Notes: generated by a model not told the origin, from the letters alone. Shown: positions 12,371 through 26,302, counted from the first letter of the whole stretch. The stretch: DNA of 60,736 nt, filler included, from Basidiobolus ranarum (GCA_040143965.1; 14 parts of 14 records of this genome joined end to end with filler, not necessarily neighbours in it), one strand, 5' to 3'. Numbers and translations are program-made.

Positions 12371-13065
12371 GACGAAGACAAACTGCGTTGGTGTGGTGGT
12401 TTGGACATAATCTTTCCAAATTCACATCTGACCAGTTCTATTAAATCCACACTCTTCCCCATTTCTTTTTTATCCGCACTAGTCTCATTTCCTGCCATAA
12501 TTTGTATCATAAAACTTAGACAATTCGGTGATTTAATGAATGTAGATTGATGCAATTTTGCAAATATTCGTGCATTATCTAAGTTCGTCAAATCCATTAC
12601 ACCTAAAATACCCCAATTATTCCAGGAGAAATTACCCATACAACACATACTTGAGCTAAGTCGTAATAAACACATCACTTTATTTTGGGCGTCTTCCCAC
12701 TCGAAATTTAGCATGTTCGCTTACTCTGTTGACAATACATCCTTACGAGTATATCTACATTGTAGTTTCAAAGTGACATGGAACATTTTGGTCAATTAGG
12801 TACCGACCACACCAGAAACGCTCCTGCTTGTTTGAATCACTCGTCCTACCATGACTGATTGTTTGTAGCCTCATAGTCAATCTAAATTCGCATGGCAGTT
12901 GCAACGACAATTACCCTATCTTGTAATATTTGCAGGATAGGTTAGGGCTGAGATAATCCAACTCTNNNNNNNNNNNNNNNNNNNNNNNNNNNNNNNNNNN
13001 NNNNNNNNNTTAATTAATTAANNNNNNNNNNNNNNNNNNNNNNNNNNNNNNNNNNNNNNNNNNNN

Positions 13066-14530
13066 TATCACCATAAATCATAAGATTAGTAATCCATGGA
13101 ATGTTTTGGAAGGTTGTAGAATAATCCAGAAAGTCATGGAATGTTCTGGCTTAATCAAGCTTTGATTGGTCAAAACTCAACCAATCATCAAATATTCTAG
13201 AAATCTTTCAGAATGTTCCGGAAGATTGTAGAATTTTCCAGAAAATAATAGGGTGAAGCTGGTTTAATAGTGATAAATCTGAAATAATAGGAGATAATAC
13301 TGAAGGTGCAAAATGATGGCTAGAAAATGTGGGTAAGTCAAATATCATAATGAAATAGAAACTGTGCAATAGTAATGATATGAGCTTGGAGTCGAAATAA
13401 GTCAATCTGCCAGTGGGTAGCAATGCTGCCCCACTACATCCACCCCCTCTGAATTTTAAACTCCAGTGAAAAAGCACACTCAGCAGGTTGGGTTATTTCC
13501 TCTGGTCTAGAATAACTTTAGCTGGTTCCCTGCAACTGGTAGTCTGAGTACTGTTCCATCTAGTTCTGCTGTGTAATAGCATCCATTACCTACAGCTTTA
13601 ACAATTTTGTATGGGCCTCTCCATTGGTTGTCAAACTTCCTACTCCATTGTTTGTCAAAAGTGGAATCATATTCCAAGATGAGGTCATCAGCTTGTAGTG
13701 GCTTAGGTTGGAGGGGATGGGTTTTGTCAGAGTAGTCCTTGTTAGCATTTCTGGCTTTCTTCAGTTTTTCAGCAGCTTTTTCTACATCATCACGGTGTCT
13801 GTCAATTTAGGCTATCTTGTTGATGAGAAGTAGTTTGGTAGTCATACTTGTCTTCTAGTTCAAAGTGTTCCAAGTTGTGGCCTCAGTTTCAATGGGAAGG
13901 ATGCATTCTTTTCCATAGATCAGTCTGTAGGGTGACATTCTAGTTGTTCTCTTTGCAGTGAACCTGTCAGCCCATAGTGCTAAGTGTAGCTTTTGAAACC
14001 AAAGTTGTGATTTGCCTTAGCAGGTCTTGACTATTGAGTGCACTAAGGGTCCATGCCCTTTCTCTATCATCCCATTTGCCTGTGGATGATAAGCTGTGGT
14101 TTGGGCAATATGTATGCAATACTTCAAGCAGAGGTTCTGGATCAGCTGTGACATCATCTCTCCTTAGTCAGCAGTGAATTGTCCTATAGTTCCATATCCA
14201 CAAATAATGTCTTCAAAGATGAACTTCCAAACTGTTTCTGCTTTGTTGTTAGGTAGAGCTCTGGCTTCCATCCAACCACTAAGATCATCTCTGGCAACAA
14301 CAATGTTCTGGAAGATTGTAGAATTTTCCAGAAAATAATAGGGCTAAGATGGGTTAATACTAAGAAATTTGAAATAATAGGGGATAATACTAATGGAGCA
14401 ATATGATTGGCTAGAAAATATGGGTAAGTCAAATATGAACAATAAAATAGAAATTGTGCAATTGAAATGATATGAGCTTGGAGTAGAAATAAGTCAATCT
14501 GGCAGTGGGTAGCAATGCTGCCCCACTACA
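13066..14530 (-). mobile_element. Internally deleted Ty3/gypsy element: partial 5' LTR (14530-14301), integrase, PPT, 3' LTR (13438 to contig edge)
   Basis: The minus strand gives VARDDLSGWMEARAL, AYHPQANGMIE, SPYRLIYG and WRGPYKI (GPY/F), with stops. PPT GAGGGGGTGGA abuts TGTAGTGGGGCAGCATTGC, and the same LTR start recurs at 14530. Confidence 0.9.
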
Positions 14531-16619
14531 CTGTGCAGATATTTGGAAAGAACTTAATACCAAGTGGCACAATATTGCAGGGCATCTGCCTGATGGCTGG
14601 AAGAATGTTGATTCATCAATGTTAATATGATATTGGTCTTTGATGGAAATATTGATACAAACTTGTGTTGGATATGCACTAAACCTTGGGTATGAAGAGC
14701 TCTACAAAAATATTCAGGAGAATATATCAAAGAAACTAGGAATTTCAAAGATGACAACTTAGTGTTCAAGTGGTAAATGTTTAAATTTGAGTTACATTTT
14801 TTGCACATGTGCTGATCCATAGTTTGCTGAGATTGTAGCCAATCATGTGCAATTACTTTGCACAATCTTGAATTTTTACTCCTGAAACTGAAAAAATTGA
14901 TTAAAATTGAATCTAACTTGACAATTTTATGATGGTATGTAAACATTCAATCCCTAATGGATTAAAATTGTGAGTTTTCCTAGGATAACAATCCTCAAAT
15001 TTCTATTAGGGAACAGACAGTCACACATTAATCTTGGGTTTAGCTACAAGCCTGAGATTATATTACTAGGGGTGATCAGCTGGAGCCAGAGCTTCCCATT
15101 GGTCACTATGCACTTACTATTCAACAACATTTCAATACTACTTACTCCGCTATAAAGTGGAAAATTCTATTTGAACAAGCCATTCATGATAGGATCAATG
15201 TTTTAATCAATTGTGGAAGTGCTTGAAAAAGTCAAGATACCATCATAATTTACCAGAACTCCTATCAATATCTACTCAACTAGGCATGTATTCAAATGCA
15301 TGGACTGGAAGTATTGGATTCACATACATTCAAGTGAAATCTTGAAAATATTTCTGCCTGATAGGTATTAGCAAAATCAAGATTTGTTTGTGGATATTGT
15401 CTATTTGTTGTCATCACATCAACTCACATTGCCAGATCTTGGGAAGATGTAACAACTGTGCAAAAATTTTGTAAATGGAAATAAAACTTTAGTACAGATT
15501 CAAAGTAGATAGAATGAATACATGCTTCATTAAATACATCTCTGCTAAATCTTTGATAGTACTTAGAGATTATAGGCCCTTGCTATATATTCTGGGAGTT
15601 TCCAATGGAGCCCACCCATGGTGAAACAATGCTCCATGCAAAATCTTCAGCAGTAATATCTGCTAATCTGATTAACAATGTATCAGTTCAATCAATGATG
15701 GATGCAACATAATGGGTTAAGGAGACTCCAGAATATACTAACATTGCAACAAAGGAGTCTTTTCAACATGCTCACAGGTTTTTGTATTGTTTGAGTGCAA
15801 TAACTGTAACAAAACCCAATTGATGGACTCAGGGTAAGTACCTGTACTTTTTGGACTAATTTGTTTGTGTGATAATCTGTTGATATTTTAGGAAGGCTGC
15901 AAGTCAGATATCTTGGTGAGATAGATTGAAATATACTCTATTTATGTTTTAGGCATAGGGAAATCTATTCAAGCATTGACATATTTGCTTTTAGCAGGAC
16001 ATTTGTTGAATGCAAGTTGTGGATATTTGGGCTAGTTCTTTATGGAAATTAGCCCAAATATAAGAGCCTATTCTCATTGTGAATGGTAACAAGAGTCAAC
16101 TATTTGCAAAGTGTCAGTACTTTTGAAAATTTCAGATGTTTAGCAATTTTTCCTCAGCTAGTTTGCTGGTAGAGCATATTGTTGTTGTTTGGTCATGTCT
16201 GATCAGTCACATATTTGCGTATGTTAATACCAAACATAACAAGATTCTTTTTTTTTTTAATTCTCACTATGGCTGGAATACATAGTGTAAAATATCTAAA
16301 TAAAGGCATGCATATTAATTTAAATTCCTAGAGCAGTGAACCCAATAATTTGCCATTTGAAATTTAGTTCTTTGCAAAAATTGTTGCAAGTTGTATAATG
16401 CAGGCCAAATATATGGCTCAGTATCATACCATGTATGAATACCATCAAGAAGCTGCCTTCTCATCATCAAAATCCCTGGCAGAGTGTAAGCCACCAATAT
16501 TGTGTATATTCTCTGACAGTCTTGGAAACCAGAAAGGTGGATCCAATCCAGATCAAAGCCATTCCAATTTTGTTAGGGAATCTTTGCTTAAATGGCCAGT
16601 TCTTTTAAAGTCATCACAG

Positions 16620-17316
16620 AATGTGCTATTTTTCTTCTAAAAGTGCCAGTGGCCTTTATAGGAAGATTTCCCAGAGCCAATTAAATGATTTTCATTGTCC
16701 AGTAGGTTCAATCCTAATTAGCATCAACCTTCATCCAGTAGTCTGCCAATTACAGATTTTAAGGTCAAAATTATAATTCTTGATTTTGTAGTCATTACTG
16801 GGCTCTGAAACATCTGTGGTAAGCTATCAGGACTGAAACTATGATATCTGGGTTAGTAACAGGTATTCCAATGCATTCTATTTCATTTACTAAAATAGTG
16901 ACTCTATTAATTAGAGATTTGCTCTCTTCTCCTAGCTTCATTTTTAAGTTCAAGAATTGTCTTCTTAGAAAAATGTTGTTTGCAGCGGAACATGTTTGAT
17001 AGGTGTCTTCCAAAGTTTTTCATACCGTCTTTGCAGCTTTAGCTCTTGAACATTGAAGTAGCAATTTGTCTAATACACTAAGACAAAGTGAATTAAAGGC
17101 ACTTTGTTCTTTTTTAACTAGGAGCAAAACTTTAGTTTTGGATAGTTTTCCATTGTTTGCTTCTGCTACAACAGTATCCCAGAGTTAATTTTTTTGTAGA
17201 ACCCATTTCAGTTGAATTTTCCTAACCTGATAATTGGTTTTGTTCAATATTTCAGTAAGGGAAAAGTTCCATAAATTTGAGAAGTGAACATTACAGAGAG
17301 TACAAGCTTGGGGTTC
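16620..17316 (-). mobile_element. Family-A copia gag remnant
   Basis: EDTYQTCSAANNIFLRRQFLNLKM...LINRVTILVNEIECIGIP, homologous to 7040-7640 and 34008-34701. Confidence 0.85.
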
Positions 17317-18486
17317 NNNNNNNNNNNNNNNNNNNNNNNNNNNNNNNNNNNNNNNNNNNNTTAATTAATTAANNNNNNNNNNNNNNNNNNNNNNNNNNNN
17401 NNNNNNNNNNNNNNNNGTTTATTATCTTTATCATATTTGGTATCTCTATCTCTATATACCTAGCTATTTCATATATCATATATAAGTTAGTTAAGATCAC
17501 TTAGTCAAATATCACTTAACTGTAAATCAGAACATATACTATATATATATGGGAATAATGTGAGAATCAGCAGTTGCATATTGAAAATTTCAAACTTGTC
17601 TAAATTGGCCCAGAGCTAGCTCATTTTACTCCCACAGATGTTCTGAACATAACCCCAGTATTACGTTCCTATATTTCCACCAAAATGAATAAATGCTTCT
17701 TTTCTAGACAGTAAATAGTTGTCTCACAGCAGCTATTCACAACTCCACTTTTCAAAATTCCTTCAAATAGCCCATATTTTCCTAATATTGTTCATACCCA
17801 TGGTTGAACTCACATCAAACAAGAGTTTGTATCAATATCTTTGTCAAAGCTCACCACTGTATTACCATTGCTGAATTAACATTCTTCCAGCTATCTGGCA
17901 GATACCCTGCAACATTGTGCCACTGCATATTAAGTTCTTCCCAGATATATGCATGGTCTACACTTGACTGAACATCAAGTTGAATGTTCTTCTTCTGAAG
18001 CCACTTTTTGAATACTTGCACTGCATCATTCCCTTCGTACTTTTGAAAACACTCCTCAAGCACTTTTGTTATTTTTATATGTCCTGCAGTGTGACACTAC
18101 TAAGGGTGCTTTGTGGTGTTTGTGCAGCTTTTTGCTTGCCTTTAAGTTTGGGGCTAATTTCAACACTCTGAAAAGTACTAGCTGATGTTGGAGAGCTGTG
18201 AGTGTTATTTGCTGGTGTTTTGGCTTGTTGAGAGGTGCCAAGTGTTGGATAAACTTCCAAATTTAGCACTCCCAGCTGGTGAACCTGGTTCCTTGGTGAA
18301 ATTTATTGAAAGTCTGAAGACTTGTGGTACAAGCAATAATTCCCAGAGAGGAAAATATGGAGTATGGTGACTACATCTGAACACAAAGTCTAAGGCCAAT
18401 CAGTTGCTTGTATTGCTGAAATGCCAATGTACCATACATTGACAGACTAGGTTAAGGTTCCCTAGCAATATAGGCATAGCATACAA

Positions 18487-18558
18487 GCACTGGTAGCTAG
18501 TGGTTAGAGCACCTTGCTAGAGTGAAGGAGGTCCCAGGTTCAGAGCCTGGCCAGACCA
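18487..18558 (+). pseudogene. Degenerate tRNA-like sequence inside repeat DNA
   Basis: A-box-like TAGCTAGTGGTTAGAGC, stem CCTT/AAGG, variable loop AGGTC, T arm CCAGG-TTCAGAG-CCTGG, and acceptor GCACTGG/CCAGACC with 2 mismatches; 72 nt. Confidence 0.65.
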
Positions 18559-19849
18559 ATATTTCTCCCTAAATAATTTCAACAAAATTAAGCTTTTTTG
18601 CCAGTATATCTGACTCTGGAAATATAGATCTTTGTAATGGTGTGAAGAATTTGGTAAATGGGACAGTAGAGCCTAAACTCACTGACTCCTTTGCTTCTCC
18701 TTTGAGTTTACTAACTTCCTGCTCCTTGAGTACTACTTTAGCTGATTTTCTTTCTTTTGAAGTTGATAATTGTGTACATTTTGGAGATGTTTCATTAATA
18801 GGCCTATACTAGCCCAATTGCCATTTGCTTGCAAAAACCCAGGATAAGCCACATCAAATAAGTCAAGAACCTTCACAGTAATGCCTGGTCTTTGGTTTTT
18901 GGCATAATTGGCTCAAATTGAGTTGATTTTGGGCAAGATTCTGCACAGTTTCCAAAATGTTAAACCACTCATCATCAGAGCAAGTGATGCCAGCTCTGAC
19001 ATTCAGAGTCTTTTAGTTTGCCAATTTTCCTGTGAGATTTCTACTTTGATATGCCCAAGTTTTTTTGGGTTTTTATTTAGGCTTAATGGTCTGACACATA
19101 TTCTGCTCTGCTCTATTGTCATGGTGATGTTCATATGCATGGTGCAAGACTGATAAAAATCCCATATGAGAATGGACAAAGGAAGCAGCTTGTTGCTGTA
19201 GCTCAAATACAGCATTCTGAAGGACTTGTATCTTTGCTGAGTGACTCTCTAATTGTTGACTAGTTGCTTCAGAATGCTGTATTAATTGCAATATTGTGGT
19301 GTTATTGCTTGTCATGGCCTGTATAGCTTCTTTGTAGTTGTTGCTTATGATTGCATGCAAATCATTGTGGTGTTCTGCCTGTGATTTCCTTGTAATAATT
19401 CTATCAAAAATTTTATAGAGGGTTGTTCAATAGTTGGCAAAGGAGCCATTGTGGAAGTTGATGATCATGACAGTGTTTCTGTTGAACTTTGCTCAACCAT
19501 TGATTTACTACTAAATCAGGGGATTACAATCTTTTCACTTGCACTAGTGCTGGAAAGGAACACATCTGGTAATTTGATTAATGCCTCATCATTACTTGAG
19601 TTAGTTTCCAGCTTGCCAATTGCTTTCAAAGTGGATAGAGGATTGATAGACTGCTCATCAATTAAGTTGTCTGTTCATGCTAGTTTTTTTCCTTTCATGC
19701 CAGCAGGCTTTTGCTTGGAAGCCAAATTTGATTTAGATTTTGAATGCTTTCTGAATGGCATTACATGCTTGGTGGAGGACCTGGGTAGCTTAAAACTTCA
19801 TGTGTATTCTAATTCTGTTAAACACCTTATATCTCTCTCCCTATTCTAT

Positions 19850-21666
19850 GATACCTTTACAAGCAATTACAGAAGCCATATCTTGCTATAAGCAATTATT
19901 GAGCTTTCTTCTGAATATTTAAGTTAACACCCCTATCCCACACCACAACATATGCTAAAACTCACTAGGGATATGGAACCAAAAACCTCTGATGATATTG
20001 CAATCATCAAACATATTCTGTACAGTAATGCAGTTGGAAGTCTCATATATTCAATAACTGGTTCTGTGATTGATATTGCTACAGCTTTAAGCATAGTGAG
20101 TAAATATATGGAAAATCCTGCAATAACCTTTGAAGATATTTGAGTCACAAAGTATATTCCTCCCTATAGTGCAGTGGGAAGTATCATATATAAAACAACT
20201 TGTACTAGGCCTTATATTGCTACAGCTGTAAGCATAGTAAGCAAATATACGGAAAATCCTGCAATGGAACATTGAATAGCTATGAAAGAGATAATATGCT
20301 ATCTGAGAGGAACAAGACATCATGTATTCAATTTAGTAAGTAGTACAAAGTGTCACTCAATTTGGAAGGATATGCTGTGGCAGACTTGGCTAACAATGTT
20401 GAAGACTGTAACTCCAGAACTGGTTATTTGTTTAAGCTAACATAGGGGCCAATAAGCTGGATTAGTAAGAAACAACAAACTGTTGCATTATTAATAACAG
20501 AAGCAGAATATATGGCAAGCTCTGTGGCTACTCAAGAAGCTATAGGGCTAAGGAGTCTTCACAAGGAACTAAGATATGATCAAGTTAATCCTACCCCAAT
20601 ATATCAAGATAATATTAGGTGTATTCAGATCACCAAAAATCCTGAGCAACTCTCAATGATGAAACAGATTGACATAGGACATCATTTTGTATAAGAGAAA
20701 GTTCTAGACAACAAAGTAACATCTATTTAATGTAATACTGAAAACATGCTTGCAGATATACTAGCAAAGTGTTGGATAATTAATCTTTATTCAACATCTT
20801 AGTTAACTTTAGTTATGATGCATATATCAGAAACAGAAAGCAATATATCTATAGCCCCTATATTCTGAATAGGAATATCTCTATATTTATATAACAAGTA
20901 TGTCTTATTACCCCTACTTATCTATTACATCTTAGTACACAAACTCCTGAATATCTCAAACAATTATTTTACTTTTCTACTCATTAAGTCATCATATACT
21001 CTTAAGAATAAAGTAACTGAAACACAATATCATAAGTTGCATCTAGTACACAAAGTCTACCCCCATTATGTCAAGATCCTCCAACACAAAGCCACTCAAA
21101 ACTTCAGGTTTTGAGAAGTTACAAGCAGGCATAGGCATTAGTGATTATAGGCACAATGCTGAATAAGAATTATGGGAAGATGTTGGATAATTAATCTTTA
21201 TTCAATATCTTTGTTAACTTTAGTTATGATACATATATTAGAAACAGATAGCAATGTATCATTAGCCCCTATATTCTAAATAGGAATATCACTATATCTA
21301 GATAACAAGTATGCCTTATTACCCCCACTTATCTATTGTATCTTATTACATAACTCCTGAATATCTCAAACAATGACTTACTTCTCTACTATCTAAGTCA
21401 CCATATTCTCTTACAAATAAAGTAACCAAAAACACTATCATAAGTTGCCTCTAATGGATTTGTTCCTGGTGATAGTGCCAGATTGTGCTGTATATATCAT
21501 ATTGGATAATGTGTTCTGTGATTTATGAGCCATAATTTGGCACCATCCAGCACCCTCTGGCTTGATCAATTTCAATCACTACTACTCTAATATATTGAGC
21601 AAAGGTCTGATAAATCCTGGCCCAATAGTACAGGGCTAATACACAAAGTCTATCCCCATTATGTCA
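19850..21666 (+). mobile_element. Decayed copia family-B 3' end: RT C-terminus (locally duplicated), RNase H, PPT, 3' LTR from 21181
   Basis: YSNAVGSLIY, ISWISKKQQTVAL, EAEYMA, IYQDN, KQIDIGHHF, MLADILAK; GGGAAGA followed by TGTTGGATAATTAATC. Confidence 0.88.
20770..21086 (+). mobile_element. Solo family-B LTR with perfect 5-bp TSD
   Basis: TGTTGG...CCAACA flanked by CAAAG at 20765-20769 and 21087-21091. Confidence 0.93.
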
Positions 21667-21766
21667 NNNNNNNNNNNNNNNNNNNNNNNNNNNNNNNNNN
21701 NNNNNNNNNNTTAATTAATTAANNNNNNNNNNNNNNNNNNNNNNNNNNNNNNNNNNNNNNNNNNNN

Positions 21767-21824
21767 CCTGCTTTCTAGCCTCTTGTCTCTGCTTCCACTC
21801 CTTGTCCAGTTCTTTATTGTGACA
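21767..21824 (+). repeat. 3' end of a family-C LTR (...ATTGTGACA)
   Basis: Homologous to 26246-26302 and, reversed, to the start of 30042-30358. Confidence 0.75.
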
Positions 21825-24800
21825 CCTACTGTTTTCTAAGATAAAATGCAAGTATTTCAAAGATGTAGTCATTTTGAAAGTCACTTGGATTTTTTAAGAT
21901 GTTGCCAAACTTGAAAACCATACCTTAGTTTCATTAATTTAAAAGCTTGGATAGTAATGCTATATATATTATAGCTTGGAAGTAAAGCTATTTGAAGGTC
22001 CCAGAGAATTAACAGCTAGCTATACAAGTACAGCTACTAGACAGACTTGTACAGCTTTTAGGAAACATTTGGACATGTTGCCAACTGGACTATAGTATTA
22101 TGACAAATTGCTATCAATTCTATGACACCCAACAGAATAAAATTTGAGAATTTCATAATAACATAAAGAATGATATCCATTTCTGGGACCATGCAATTCC
22201 TGGATGCAAGATCTTGCACATGTTTCTTAACACTATTCATGAATTATATATTGTTTGAACCATCAAACTTAGAGGTGTTTGGGAATTTTTTTCTGAGCAA
22301 TGGTAGTTGGGCAAGCTACTTTTATAAGCATGATGCCATTAGGAATTTGGATTCATTTTTGACAGTGTGAACATCTCTGTCTAGAACTAGTTACATGATT
22401 CTAGTCAGATATATTTTTACCTATATGGCTATTTGTTACTTGCTACAAACATTATGCAAGTTTCTTTATGTCTGGGCTTCTGAATTTAGTGTCAGCAACA
22501 GTACTTTCTCTTTCAAAAATTTAGACTTCTTCATGTGGCTCAACTACCACCCAGATATATTCACCTTCAGGTACAAGTTGCATCATGAATATTCATTCTT
22601 TAGTACCTTCATCATGCAATATTGGATTTTATTTTACTCATGGATACCATGTTGCAGGAACTGGTCATAACAAGCAGAGTATTTTAAACTTAGGGACATC
22701 TTGTGATTCTGCTTTACTTGCCTTAGTCTCAATGTAGTGTGTGTACTTGCATAGCATCAAAGTAAATCATTTGTTTAGTTAATTTAGGAGAATGTGTAAT
22801 AGAATATAATAGTTAATTCAGGGTATTAAAACTTACTTGCTTCATAGATATTAAGATATACAGAAAGAGAATATGGAGGCAATTGATAGATTTCTTTCTT
22901 GTTTCAGATTCATATTTCATGCCTGATTATAGCAAGATGATAAATAAAGTGCAGGTATCAATGTGCATGTACTGAGTATCAGGTGAAGAGGTAATATGGA
23001 CTTCTCATGTCCCAGGAGTAGTAATAAACATAACTGTGGGACAGTTTCTTGAAACCCATGAATTGGTAAACAGTAGTCCAGTTTTGGATTGATTAACTGT
23101 TACTAGCACCAGGATGTTAAAAACCAAGGATATCAGGAGGGTCACAGAAAATGGAACATATATCCTTTGAGATAGCATCATCTGACCTAATATGCAGATA
23201 CTATGATATATACTCCAAAACTGGTGATCATTAAGGCCCCAATCAGAAAATGGTAGCAATCGGCACTAGACCTTTCTATTGCATTAATGTAACATCTTTT
23301 TGAAATTGGAAATCAGCATACATATTTGTGTTGAACAAGAAGAAGTTCTGACAATAATAAGTAGTAATATGGTAATGTAGATAGAAGCAAGTTCAAGTCC
23401 AACAAGAAGAAATTACTACCAGGCTTATATTCTGAAGTATGCAAAAAGGGAGAGGTAAAGCAATTGGAGATTTATGAGGAGACTGAAACACTGTCTTTCT
23501 TCCTGATTCCTGGAATAGGCTCCAGGGTATAATGTAGTGAATTTATTGTAAATTTCTTAAATATTATGATATTAACGTAGAGAAGATCTCAGTATTTGGA
23601 TTCTGAAATGAAATATTTAGTAATATATGTATTCGAATCAGACACCAAAAACGAGCTTCAACAGGAAAGTTTTTACCAAGGAGGCTCACCAATTACTGTG
23701 TGGGCGAAAATTCAGACCACATAAAACCAGAACTTTAATTTTACTGGAATGTATCACATATTAAATATGTCCCAATTTTTCAAATATTCTTTACTGGTGC
23801 TAGCCTAGTAAAATCACCGTGTGATGGATACGACGTATCAGTAGTATATTTTCATCACCTGAATTATACTAAAGCTGAGTGTACCATGTGAATCAAAGCT
23901 TAGCATTGCCTATCTTTTACTTCACAGCGTTCAGCGGTCTGGAAGCTGATGGTCATATATCACTAGCTACATTAATCCTTTCGCATTTATGGTTGCTACC
24001 ACACAATATTTGTATAACATGCTGCGACTATAGTGGCTTTTATTTGTATATCGAAGGAAGTGACAACTAACCGAATATCCATTGCCATCTCCAAAGCAAA
24101 GAATCACTCTATACGAGAATAATATTCATATTCATACTCTAGCATCAGTAATATCAAATAAACGAATGAATGTAGTCACAGATTTAGAGATTAATTATGT
24201 CTTCAGGAACCCAACTATTGAACTAAACAAGTGCTCGATTGTGGACGAAAATTTCAGCACAGGCTAATCATTGCTACAAGACGAATCATTGGCTTGAGCG
24301 CATACGGAACCTCTAATGCCAGATCGACTACAGTTAATTTGGCCTCATGCTTGGCAGATGTTTGTAGTAAGCAGTATCCCTCATGACCAACTAAGGTTCT
24401 GACTCTCCCTCATAACAGAGTGGTCGTAACACACCATGTTAGAAACACACTGAGTCACCGTGTACAGGGATATTTAAGGATCGCTATTCGATGACTCAGG
24501 TGAACAAGTATCACATCACAAAATCAGCTTGATCTTCTATTTAGATTGTTTCCTTGGGCATGGGGAGTGCTGCTATGGGTCCAGAACAGTAGGTTAAGAA
24601 GTGCACGAGTTCTCTGAATCTGCCAAGATGCCCGTAGTATTAAGAAATCGAAGAATACATGCAGGGTTGATGAGTACGAGTAGAATAAGGGAAAGTGGAT
24701 TATGGATCTCAATTTTAAATGAATCACGGAAAGACCACCAGGCACCTATTTCGTCGGAGTAGAGTTACACAATATGCTTGTACTATGGCAATGGAATCTA

Positions 24801-25919
24801 TACTTCGCATCAGCTTAGAATCTGACACTGTATGGAGCACCTACTATGTTGACAAGTAAACAACCCACTCTTGGCCAGCCCACTCCAAACAGCTGGTAGA
24901 GAGGAAAAGTTTAGCCGGATCCTGTACATGTCTCGGACATAAGCTTTCATATACACCACACCACACCACAACCACTTTCCTCAAAGTCAAACCCGTGTTG
25001 GTGAGATTCCAATCACTCAAACAACCTTTGTAAAGCATCCATCAGGAATCAGTCCCTCTGAAACCGGTGGATAGTGGGTTTTGTAATCAATTATTACCTA
25101 ACAATCATTTGGGTTCATCTGTCCGCAGCCTATGACAATGACTTTGCGTAATGCAAACCACCTTCCTGAACAATCATGGGGTGGTTTCATAGATGCTGGT
25201 GGAGATTTCGCGCAAAAAGATTTGATGAAGGATGCGATGGTGTCACAAGACGTATCCTGTTGTTTAGTAAGGGCGGTGTTGGGCTGACTGGGGGTGGTTT
25301 AATCTGGTTCGATCCCGTTAAATTGCTGATACACTGGTCATTGGTCGAGTCAATATTTGAGAAATGAGTCTTTATATGTTAATATATACACTATGACAAT
25401 ATCATCCATCCCGTATTCTCAAACAACAAAAGAATATCTCCAACCATAAGTCAAGTATACAGTCAAAGAAATTGAACATGCTATGAAGCCCCTATTGAAG
25501 AATAACAATAAAAATCAACTTGACTAACGTATCTCTAGAAACCATATAAAACCTAGCCTAGCCCGCCTCGCCTCGCCTTCTCTCTCCTCCCCCGCTCGGC
25601 CTCGCCTCCATGAACTTAGTTTACAAAGAAAATAATGGGAAATCTAAAATAAATAAAAATCGGAAAGTACACTCCTGTCAATTACTAGCTTTCTGCGGTC
25701 GAAACGTCCTGGTAAAGAGAAATGCCCAGTGTCTTCCACCGCCCATCGGTGCTCTCCACCCTGTTGTTCGAAGATATTATGTTGTGGGTACGGGGGATCA
25801 CTGGCTACTCAATGCTTCATTAAGGATTAAATTGTATAGGGTAGTGGTATGGATAGTTGAGGTGATCCTATGATGACCCTTAAGATTGAGACTGTTTAAC
25901 TGTTTGTGGCAAACTGATG

Positions 25920-26012
25920 CCGCTTAACTGCTGCATAATGTTCAGATCCTGGATTTTGCACATGTTGGCTGACTACTCCCACTGCAAAAGAGATATCTGG
26001 CCGGGTTCCAGT
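25920..26012 (-). mobile_element. Copia RT C-terminal fragment
   Basis: The minus strand reads TGTRPDISFAVGVVSQHVQNPGSEHYAAVKR. Confidence 0.8.
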
Positions 26013-26112
26013 NNNNNNNNNNNNNNNNNNNNNNNNNNNNNNNNNNNNNNNNNNNNTTAATTAATTAANNNNNNNNNNNNNNNNNNNNNNNNNNNNNNNN
26101 NNNNNNNNNNNN

Positions 26113-26302
26113 TATCTATATAAGCACCATGTATTTCTTGATCAGACCTCAGTCTGATCAACGCCAGTTATCAATAAAGATTCTTGCCAAAGTATCTTCC
26201 TTGTCCAGTCTTGTCTTGTCTTGCGGTCTACACCCAAGTACTCTCCTGCCTTCTAGCCTCTTGTTATTGTTTCCAGTCCTTGTCCAGTTCCTTATTGTGA
26301 CA
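26113..26302 (+). mobile_element. Family-C LTR (3' half) inserted at the gag/protease junction of a copia element
   Basis: TATATAA, AATAAA and terminal TGTGACA; copia sequence resumes directly at 26303. Confidence 0.8.

Noticed and set aside
18487-18558. Functional tRNA-Ser(AGA)
   Set aside because: Mismatched acceptor and anticodon stems, no long variable arm and an altered T loop; kept only as a tRNA-derived relic.
24200-25370. Coding-like, CpG-containing region with several short ORFs
   Set aside because: No consistent frame, splice pattern or motif identified.
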